A stretch of 64,000 nt of DNA from Felis catus. Lineage: Eukaryota. Both the position numbers and the translations under genes were made by a program. Numbering within the stretch: the stretch's first letter is position 1; every line of letters begins with the position of its first letter. This document shows, piece after piece, positions 13,774 through 23,590 of this stretch. The notes beneath the pieces were generated by a model. The model saw nothing but the letters and a program-made list of their open reading frames with translations, did no database searches and had not been told where the DNA came from. Location of the stretch: NCBI RefSeq assembly GCF_018350175.1, contig NC_058368.1:93064001-93128000 (forward strand), given 5' to 3'.

Positions 13774-14857
13774 AAATTATTTCCGTTCCTTGGCTTTTCA
13801 TTTCTCAAGACTCTGTGGCTGGGATAGACTCTGAGCCCTCAGCGAGGTCCTAGGGATGCACTGGCCTGGCCTACGCCTTCCCCCACCAATTTCATATTTA
13901 GCCACACTCTCCTCTCCCCTCCAACTTCCGCTGCTCCGGATACCACGCAAGTGCTAGTTTGGGCTCTTCAGAAAGCCAGGACTTTTCTTGCCTCACTGCC
14001 TCAGAGTATCATGTTTCCTCTTACCAGAATATTCCCCTTCCAGTGTCTTCTTTCTTTCTTTTTCTGTGCCTCACTTGCAGAGTTTAGTTTGTCACACTCT
14101 GTGATGCTTATCATCTTGATTGGTCTTTCATTAGTTTTATTATCCCCCCCTTCACTTTTATTAAGTATATGTTTTAATATATGTCCGTCTTTGAAAGAGT
14201 GTGTTTTCTGTGAATGCATGTGTGTTTGAGTTTGTTGAATGGCATTGTACAACAAACCTCATTCCATTTCTCGTTCCATTTCTCTTTCCAGCTCAACACT
14301 GTTTTGAACCTATCTGGGTTGCTGTTGGCAACCTAAGCTTGGCCCTCCTGATGTCATGCAGCCTATTGCGTGCACTTACCGTACTTAATCTTTTCCCCCG
14401 GTGATGGACACCCAAGCACTGCTGGGACCAACATCCTCAGCCATGTCTTTCTTCCAGCTCTTCACAAGTTCCTCCCTACTCCTCATTTAAATCCCAGCCT
14501 TAGTGTCACTTCCTCAAAGTCACATTGTTTGACCCTTAGTACCACTCTACTCACACTCTGTGTCTCAATTAGGCCCTGTGGTGGGCTCCTGGGACATTTC
14601 TGGACAACACTTGTTGTAGGTGGGAACTGTATGTTTATTTGTGTGACCTTCTGTTTTGATGATTGTCTCTCTCACTAGACTGCAAGCTTTCACTATGGGG
14701 ACTGCATCTCCATAGCTCAGAGCATCCTTGTTAACTTGCTGCTGAACATAATGCCTTCTCCTCAGTTAGGGTCATACGATATGTAATTGTGTCTTTTTCA
14801 CAGTATAATATTATAATTGATTGTATGTGGAAGCATTTTTATATTTAATGGACTATA

Positions 14858-15085
14858 TTTTTTTAAGTTTATTTACTTATTTTGAGAGAGAGGGAGAGAA
14901 GGAGAGACGGAGAGAGAGCACAAGCGAGGGAGAGGCAGAGAGAGAAGGAGAGAGAGAATCCCAAGCAGACTCAGCACTGTCAGCGCAGAGCCTGACACAG
15001 GGCTCGAACTTGTGAGACCGTGAGAGATCATGACTGACCTGAAATCAAGAGTCAGACGCTTAAATTACTGAGCCACCCAAGAACC
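14858..15085 (-). mobile_element. Can-SINE
   Basis: Typical body. Confidence 0.88.
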
Positions 15086-15093
15086 CTTATTAA

Positions 15094-15110
15094 TTTTTTT
15101 AATGTTTATT

Positions 15111-15152
<42 letters not shown>

Positions 15153-15304
15153 TGGAAGGGGCAGAGAGAGCAGGGGACAGAGGATCCAAAGTGGGTTCTG
15201 CACTGACAGCAGTGAACCCAATGATGGGCTTGAACTCCCAAACCATGAACTCATGACCTGAGCCGAAGTTGGGCACTCAACTGACTGAGCCATTCAGGTG
15301 CCCC
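15094..15304 (-). mobile_element. Can-SINE
   Basis: Typical body with (GA)n. Confidence 0.92.
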
Positions 15305-16640
15305 TGGAGTATTTTCTAGACCATCTTGAGGCTCACAGCAAAATGGAGCAGGAAGTAGAGAGAATTCCCACAACCTCCCACAACCCTTTCCCCATGCACA
15401 ACCTCCTTCACCATCAACATTCAGAATCAGTTCACTTGTTATGGGTGATGCACCATCACTGATATATCATTATTGAGCAAAGCCCATAGTTTACATTAGG
15501 GTTCAGTCTTGGTGCTGTATGTTCTGTGGGTTTTCACAGATGTGTAATGACCTGTATCTATCATTACAATATCATATAAAGTAGTTTCACTGCCCAAAAA
15601 ATTCCATTTTTCACCAATTTATCCATTCCCTTCTTCTCACCGAACTCTTTGGCAACCATTGATCTTTTAACAGCCTACATAGTTTTTGCCTCTTCTAGAA
15701 TGTCGTGTAGCTGGAATCATACATTATGTAGCCTTTTAAGATTGGCTTATTTTGCTTAGCAGTATGTATTTAAGCTCCCTGCATGCCTTTCTATGGCTCA
15801 ATAGCTCACTTCTTTTTAGCAGTGCATAATATTCTACTGTTCCACAGTATGCTTTTTCCTTTACCTATTAAGGGATGTCTGGTTGCTTCCCAGTTTTGAC
15901 AATTACAAGTAAAGCTTCTAGCACCATTTTGTGCACAGATGTTTGTGTAGACATTAAATTTTCAATTCATTTGGGTAAATACCTAGCAGTATGATTGAGC
16001 CATTGTATGAGAGAAGGGTATGTTTGGATTTTGTAAGACTACCATACTACCTTCCAAAGTGGTTGTACCATTTTGCCTTCCCACCTCCCCCACATCAGAC
16101 TCCTTGGGGCCTGGAGTTGGGTATTTCCCTGGTTGGTTAGGCTCTGATGAAATAGTTTCCTATGAAGGCAGCTTTTGTTGAGGGGAACCCAATGCCCTGG
16201 GCTTGCTATAAAATGGTTATTTTTCCCTTGTCCCTTTTGGAAGCAGGAGGGGGTTTTTCTATGGTCTATCCCCCAACATCCTAGAGGGGCCCCTGGAGGC
16301 AAAATTCACAGGAGTGTGATGCCACCCCCACTGTGGAGTCTTTCTCTCTGGGGCTAGTTCAAACTCAGCCTCCACCAGTTATCAGTCACTCTTCATTGAA
16401 GTATTCTTATGTGATACTTACTGGCTTCAGAGGTGGTTTGTCACAAGTTTCTGTAGCAGGTAAGCTCTAGTTTTCTGTCTGCTGGTGCCTGTAGTTTTCA
16501 GGAAAGTGGTTTGTCCTTTGACCTCAAATCTCTGCTGGATAAGAAGAGTTACTGGTTTTCACTTGTTCACCTTTTTCTTGTGAATATGAGAGTGACGACT
16601 TCTCAAGTTTCTTACGTGTCAGTCTAGAGCCCAGAGGTCT
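15305..16640 (-). mobile_element. Old LINE-1 remnant (3' end plus a probable 5'-UTR-like segment)
   Basis: Minus-strand ORF2 C-terminal-like KMVQPLWKVVW and an L1M-type 3' UTR. Confidence 0.7.
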
Positions 16641-16642
16641 AT

Positions 16643-16832
16643 GTTTTTTATTTATTTTGACAGACAGAGAAAGAACGTGAGTGGGGGGGGGGGCAGAAAG
16701 AGGGAGAGAGAGAATCCCAAGCAGGCTCCACGCTGTCAGCAGAGCCTGGTGTGGTGCTCTGTCTCACAAATTGAGAGACCGTCACCTGACCTGAAGTCAG
16801 ACGCTTAACCGACTGAGCCACCCAGGCACCCC
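16643..16832 (-). mobile_element. Can-SINE
   Basis: Typical body. Confidence 0.9.
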
Positions 16833-16989
16833 TAGAAGCCTTGCTTTCAATTCTTGCCTTGTACTCCAGTGTGTGGATGTACACCTGACTCTTGAAACAT
16901 TTTCTTTTGAAAGAAGCAAAAATATTCAGCTTGATCAAAGACCCAAGTGTAAACATCCCATAATTTTTTTATTCCAAGAATCCACTTAA

Positions 16990-17221
16990 TTAATTAATTA
17001 ATTTTTATTTTTAAAATATTTTTTAATGTTTATTTATTTTGGAGAGAGGGACAGAGTGCAAGTGAGGGAGGGGCAGAGAGAGGGAGACACAGAGTCCAAA
17101 GCAGGCTCCAGGGTCTGAGCTGTGAGCACAGAGCCCGATATGGGGCTCGAACTCCTGAACTGTGAGATCATGACCTGAACCAACATCAGATGCTCAACCG
17201 ACTGAGCCACCTGGGCACCCC
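16990..17221 (-). mobile_element. Can-SINE
   Basis: TSD aagaatccacttaa. Confidence 0.95.
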
Positions 17222-17562
17222 AAGAATCCACTTAACTTAGATATCTGTAATTTTATTTATTAACTTCGGCTTTTTAGATTCTTCCCACGCAAGCCTGCCC
17301 TTCCACACTGTCAGGAATAAATACGAAGCATTGGATGAGAATTCTTTTTAAATCTTTTTATTTTGAATTTGTACACAAATATAAAGGCAAAGTTTAGTCA
17401 TTCCTTATATAAGGAAACTCTCCGTATTGTGGCGTATTTTCAGGAAGGCACGGTTCATTAACTAGATAAATTAATGAGAATTTGAACTTTCATTTTTTTT
17501 TAGTTCTTAAGCTTCTTAGTAAGGATTGCCGTTAAGTTCTGCCTGTCCCCGTTTTCCCCCAG

Positions 17563-17595
17563 GTGTGGGTTCATATCGCCGCAGACCTGGAACTG
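17563..17595 (+). CDS. KCNN2: Candidate 33-nt alternative KCNN2 microexon (inserts CGFISPQTWNW)
   Basis: Acceptor ttctgcctgtccccgttttcccccag| and donor CTG|gttagc. Phase 2/2 with no stop. TGC upstream and TGCATG at 17629-17634. Confidence 0.6.
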
Positions 17596-18354
17596 GTTAG
17601 CTCTGGAGCTTGTTTGTTTTAATCTGCTTGCATGTACCCTGGAAAGCTGCCTTCCACATTTTCTGCTCAAATGGAGTAATCAAGGTCATCTCATTGTAGG
17701 TGAAATATGAAATCATACCCTGCATCATCCACAAATTTAAAAATAAGGAATCTCCCTTAAGAAAAGGCTCTCCCAGCCGTGGGTTATAAATATCAAAGTG
17801 GTTTTAATACTTACAGCGGTTTTTCTGGTATTTCTTAGGCTTAGGTGTTTTATCCATGCAATAGATTTAAGAGTGGTTTTCTATCAAGGTAGACCATAAC
17901 ATAACTGTTTTGGACTCCAGTGTATCATGTGATAATAAACAGTTCAGGTGATTCTCCTGTTAACCCTTAGGAACCATTAAGCTATTCTAGAGTTGGAGCA
18001 GAGAATGTCTGAAATTGAGCCATCTTGGTTTTTCACTTGAATATGATGTTAATGATTAGGTGGCTATGGCTTTGGAAAATCAACCCTATGAAGTCAGCAT
18101 TGGAAGTCCTGACTTAGGACCTTGATGTTTCTTCTAAAACTCTCCCTGGACACACACCTGAGGGTTGTTTGTTTTGTATCTTTATGATACTGCGTTTCTC
18201 CGTCTTTTGGACTATATCTAATGGTGACATTTAGCGAAAGACGTGTTTACAGATTGTGTCTTTGTTAAATGAAGGCATAAAAGGGGGAAAAACCCAGTGA
18301 ATCATGTATTTCTGCTTTCCAGTGTTATTTCCAAATTCTGTAGATATTTGTAAA

Positions 18355-18830
18355 ACAATACTGTCCAGTTGAACTTTCTACAGTGATGATCCTGTTCTTT
18401 CACACCAATTCAGTATGATACCTACTGGCTATATGTGGGTATTGAAATGTGTGCATTATTTGGGAACAGATTTTAATGTTTTTAATTTTAATTTGTCGTT
18501 TATTTTTTATTATTTGTAACATGAAATTTATTGTCAAATTGGTTTCCATACAACACCCATTTTATTATTATTTTTTAATGTTTATTTATTTTCAAGAGAG
18601 AGAGCACAACAGAGGAGGGGCAGAGAGAGGGAGACACAGAATCCAAAGCAGGCTCTGGGCTCTGAGCCATCAGCACAGAGCCCAACATGAGGCTTGAACT
18701 CAAAAATCGCGAGATCATGACCTGAGCTGAAGTTGGACGCTTAACCGACTTAGCCACCCCAGGTGCCCCCCCACCCCAAATTTAAATTTAATTAGACACT
18801 TTGGCTACTGGCTCCTAAATTGGACTGAGG
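18355..18830. mobile_element. hAT-Charlie (MER3-like) remnant containing an L1 3' fragment (about 18495-18557) and a SINE
   Basis: ctgtccagttgaactttctacagtgatga start; tgaaatttattgtcaaattggtttccatacaacaccca resembles a carnivore L1 3' end on the minus strand. Confidence 0.6.
18560..18770 (-). mobile_element. Can-SINE
   Basis: Typical body. Confidence 0.92.
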
Positions 18831-19291
18831 AGATTTAGGTTTTTGTGTGTTGACTGTTTGGTTTTTTAGCGTGTATGAAGTTGGGTGTGTGTGTGTATAT
18901 GTGTATGTGTTGTAAGAAGAAGTTGGGCTCTAAGTACAACTCTTTCATCCAAAGAAAGCTATCAAGAAGAAAAATTGGCACAAAAACTATAGAACCGGTT
19001 ATATATAGCATCTGTAAGAATTGCCCGAGAGATAATTTAAAGCATAATAAATTTGGTACACAGAATTAAATGGACCTCTTCCCAGAACAATGGAAGAGCA
19101 GTCTAGGAATTGAAAACAGTGTCTGCTAGAAAGAGGGAGAAGGGGGGGGGGGCGGGGAGGAAAGGAGGATATAGATGAAGGTAGGAGTTATGTAAATTTC
19201 AGAAATTGTAACTGAGGGGATGGCCCCGCACTGGATCTCTAATACAGCTGGCGGGAAAACACTCATTGGACCTAGCTGCTTTTCGTTGCAG

Positions 19292-19300
19292 AGACTTGAG
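19292..19300 (+). CDS. Candidate 9-nt microexon (inserts DLR)
   Basis: ctgcttttcgttgcag|AGACTTGAG|gtacag; phase 2/2, weak donor. Confidence 0.3.
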
Positions 19301-19653
19301 GTACAGTTAAATAAACATTCTTCCTTCACAACAGTGAACTTCAATTTCAGATTCAAGCTGGAAAAAGCTAAAAGTAGCAAATAAAAAAGTGTTAAACTTA
19401 CCAATTTGGGGACTGACTACTCAAAGTGTTACATAATTCAAATCCTTTTTGATGAACTCAAGGGTTTTTCCAGCTATTTGTTGTCTTAGAACAGTAGGAA
19501 AAAAGAACCAACTCTCTGGTGTAAGAGAGTCCCTGCCCTCCGGGGACAGTGGCAGATTGTGAGTCTGAGGGACAGGGGGTTCAGACAGTGCTGCCAGAGG
19601 ACAAAGGTTGGGTCTGGGTAGGCAGTAATTTTTTTTCTTTTTCATTCCTAAGC

Positions 19654-19659
<6 letters not shown>

Positions 19660-19706
<47 letters not shown>
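19660..19706. repeat. (CT)n microsatellite
   Basis: Read directly. Confidence 0.95.
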
Positions 19707-19712
<6 letters not shown>

Positions 19713-20312
19713 TTCCTTAAACATGTCTTTTTTCTCTAGTTTCAGTAAAACCTTGGTTTGTGAGCATAATTCGTTCTGGAAACATGCTTGTAATAGAAAG
19801 CACTTGTATATCAGAGCAAATCTCCCCATAAGAAATAATGGAAACTCAGATGATTCATTCCACAACCCAAGAATATTCCTATAAAAATGATTACACTATG
19901 GTAATATAATACAAAATAATAAAGAAAATACAAAATATAAAGAAAAATAAATTAACCTGCACTTGCCTTTGAAAACCTTCATGGTTGGTGAGGGAGACAA
20001 GAGAGAGGAGGGTTATTATGTAGGATGTCGTTCACTATCACTAACAGAACCATTGCTCTCTCCTGGGTTCAGTGGAATCTTTTTCTTTTCATGAAACTTT
20101 AACAAGGAACCTGTCCAATGACCTAGAATGAAGCAAAGCATTCCTAAGCTTACTCTTATGTGGAAAAGCAAAGGACTGTCCATAGTGCTTTGAAGTGACA
20201 AAAAATACACTAGTGCCAGTTTGGGCACCTTCCAACGTTCTGAAAAATCACTGATTTCTGCCAAACACTGCGGCCTGAGATGGAGCATGGGAGATGACCA
20301 CCCACAATCCTG

Positions 20313-20316
<4 letters not shown>

Positions 20317-20364
<48 letters not shown>
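20317..20364. repeat. (GA)n microsatellite
   Basis: Read directly. Confidence 0.95.
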
Positions 20365-20367
<3 letters not shown>

Positions 20368-20368
20368 A

Positions 20369-20430
20369 CCATTGGCTCGGTTGTGATCATGTGACGTTCG
20401 GCATCACATACGACTCATATTGCAAGACAT
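20369..20430. promoter_or_regulatory. Candidate internal promoter: inverted CCAAT box, E-box/M-box and CRE half-site
   Basis: CCATTGGCT (reverse AGCCAATGG) 20369-20377, TCATGTGAC 20387-20395, TGACGT 20392-20397; local CpG retention. Confidence 0.5.
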
Positions 20431-20449
20431 CATTCGTTTATCAAGTTAA

Positions 20450-20984
20450 AATTTACTAGAAATGTTTGCTTGTCTTGCAGAACACTCACAGAACAGGTTA
20501 CTCACAGTCCAAGGTTTTACCCTCCATTTCTCTTGCTTTTTCTTTTTCCCTAGCTCAGAGGATTATCATCCAGTTCTGTGCACCTAGTAACAGATTTAAA
20601 TGTTTTGATCAGTTAAATGGAATCAAAATAAAACCAAAGCCGCACCTTACCTCAGTCAATCTGTTAGTATATTTCATTTCACCTTGATCCCCTTAGTATT
20701 TCTGGGAGCAATTGTGCAGCTGTTTACTTCCTTGGAGAGAGAAAACAGATTGCCAGCAATCTGCCAGATTTCAGCGTGTGATCTGGGTGTGACAGTTCTG
20801 AACGGCTGATTCCAGAACATGCTATATTCGCCATTGAAAATGTCGGAACTCCCGCAACAGTAACATAAAGGTGGGGGAATCAACAGTTTTAGATAATGGG
20901 ACGCTTAGCACTGACCTGGTTTGGCCAAAATGCTCTCTGAACCAACTCCCATCACTCCATGTGGTTGGATGGAATTTTGGCTGG
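20450..20984 (+). other. KCNN2: Candidate alternative first or 5' exon of a short KCNN2 isoform (5' boundary uncertain)
   Basis: Donor TGG|gtgagt at 20984/20985. ATG at 20959 reads MWLDGILAG in frame with the pore exon. No recognisable repeat in the interval. Confidence 0.5.
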
Positions 20985-21544
20985 GTGAGTGGCATTCAGG
21001 AGGATTAAGTTTCAAGAGAAAGTGTTGAATTCCAGAGATGGTACGTGGCAATATTAGAAAAATATTTCTGTTGCGTCTTTTGATGTGTTGGGGACAGGAT
21101 AGACAAAGGGCTTAACAGCTAGAATCCCTAATCTCACATCTCATTTGAAAAAAAAAAAATGGATCCAGAAGAGCTTTAGGAATATCCCAGATGTTCCCAG
21201 TAGCTAGGTCAGCCTTGCAACGAGAGCAACAACAAACACAGTCTCGATGATGCCTTCTCCTGCCCCAGTGTATGGGGAGGAGTGGTAACGTCTCCATCCT
21301 TAAGTCTTTGTAGAACAGATTAACATCAACAGAGCATAATCACAGCATGTGGTTTACACAGCAAGTGTAAAAGCAACATACTTGTGACATGAAGTTCCAA
21401 GAAAACAGAATTGAATAAAGAAATCAGGAATCCCATGTTCATCAATATGGTAGACTGGATTTCCTGGTAGCCTTGTACAAAACACCCAGAGGAGCTGGGA
21501 AAAAATGAAATGCATAACCGAACATCCAAAAAAGCCCAGGAAAC

Positions 21545-21546
<2 letters not shown>

Positions 21547-21593
<47 letters not shown>
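21547..21593. repeat. (CA)n microsatellite
   Basis: Read directly. Confidence 0.95.
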
Positions 21594-21594
<1 letters not shown>

Positions 21595-21884
21595 TTGCAG
21601 TAGAAATGCAGGGAATAAACTGCTTCCCAAATGTCAGCTACTCTGAGGACAACATCTAATCTTGGTAACCAAGAGGCTTAACTTTTTTAGACCTTTTTAA
21701 AAGGGACAACCACAGGAAAGAATATAATTTATATTAGGACATGATACATAATCACACACATACCACTGAGCAGATTTTGCACGAATATGCCCAGTTCTTA
21801 CTGAGGATCAATGTTAATGTACCTTCTGTTCTGTTGTATTCCATTCTATTTTATTCTATTTTATTATCAAATGTTGGTTATGAT

Positions 21885-22062
21885 GGCGGTTCTCAATCTT
21901 TTGGCTCATTATTTGGGTCACCTGGGAGCAATAAAAATATACATTGCTGGTCCTATCCTCTCTGATTCTGATTTAATTGGTATTGGGTTGTGGCCTGGGA
22001 TCCAGGGTTTTAAAGCTCCCTGGGTGATTCTAATGCATAGCCAAGGTGGAGAACCACCACAC
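21885..22062. mobile_element. hAT-Charlie MER5-like remnant
   Basis: ggttctcaa...gattctgatttaattgg...ggtgattctaatgcatagccaaggtggagaaccac. Confidence 0.8.
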
Positions 22063-22754
22063 TAAATTGATTTTACTGTCTACTAATGGTACTTGACAGC
22101 AGTTTGAAAACCACCTACTTTAAGGAGGTATATACCTTAAATGAAAGAGTAGATTAAATATAAAATCTCCACAGAAGGAAACCATCCAAGCAAAATCATA
22201 CCCATAGCTCAGACTGGGTGGTGGGATTGAGAATGGGGAGTGGTCTCCCCCGAAGAATATGAAACCACATGCCTGCTTACACTTGCTTTTGAATCTACAC
22301 TACTACATGTTAAGAATGCATCGTTTCAATCCCTGGTAAGAAGCACCCTCCATCACCTGGCAGAAGCAAACACCAGTCTCTGCAGAAAGACATACCTCAG
22401 GTCTGGATGTCTTTCCTGACATAAGGCATAAGCCGTCCCCCATCCCCACCAACCAACCAGGGCTGCAACATGCATGAGGATACACAAGCAGAAATAACCA
22501 ACAGAACAGTTGAACACCATGCTCCACCCCAGAACTTTAAATATGGAGAATGGGGAAAGAAAAAAAATAAAACATGTCTGAATGGATGGAAGAAAGGTGA
22601 AATAAGCAGGAATGCAGAAGTATGCTCTGAACAAGGCCAGGAAAAACGTTAAAAGAACCAAACAGAAATCTCAGCGGTTAAGCTAAGTAGCAGACCAAAC
22701 ACAGTTAATTCATAGAGAATTTGTAAACTGGAGATCGAGCTGAAGAAAAAAAAA

Positions 22755-22952
22755 TTAATGTTTATTTTTGAGAGAGAGAGAGAGGCGGAGTGTGAGAGGC
22801 AGAGGGCAGAGAGAGAGGGAGACACTGAATCTGAAGCAGGCTCCAGGCTCTGAGCTGTCAGCACAGAGCCCAACGTGGGGCTCGAACCCACCAACTGTGA
22901 GATCATGACCTGAGCTGAAGTTAGATGCTTAACCGACTGAGCCAGGCGCCCC
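22755..22952 (-). mobile_element. Can-SINE
   Basis: TSD tgaagaaa. Confidence 0.92.
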
Positions 22953-23407
22953 TGAAGAAACAATTTTTGAATGTTACATATTCTTTATCTCTGGAAGTAC
23001 ATGGAAGATACGAATGAAATGGAGAGACACATGGGTATTTGAGGTGTAAGTACTTCAAATTAGACTTCTAGAAGAAGAAAGTTGTGCCAATGAAGATGTG
23101 GTTTGTAAGTTTTTTTAAATTGCTGAGGTGTGAATCCTCAGATTCAGGAAACCCAGCAAATCCCAAGCAGGGTCAAGAAGAAGAAATCCACATGTAGTAA
23201 AATTACAGGACATCAAGTAAAAGATTTTAAAAGGAATCAGAAGGAGAAAAGAAACGCGTCACACTGATGGTCTTCCTATCTAGGTACACGTCCCAACTTA
23301 AAAAAACAGAAGCTGGAATACAGCAGTATATCTTCAAAGAGCTGGAAGAAGGTAACTGTAGATCTAGAATTCTATACCTACCTGAATTTCATTAAAAAAC
23401 AAGGTCA

Positions 23408-23590
23408 GGGGCGCCTGGATGGCTCAGTCAGTTAAGAGTCGGATTCTTGATTTTGGCTCAGGTCATGATTTCACGGTTTGTGGGTTCGAGACCTGGGTGG
23501 GGCTCTGTGCTGATACCACAGAGCCTGCTTGGGAGTCTCTCTCTCTCTGCTCCTCCCCTGCTCTCTCTCAAAAATAAATAACCATAAAAA
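23408..23590 (+). mobile_element. Can-SINE
   Basis: TSD aaaaaacaaggtca. Confidence 0.93.
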
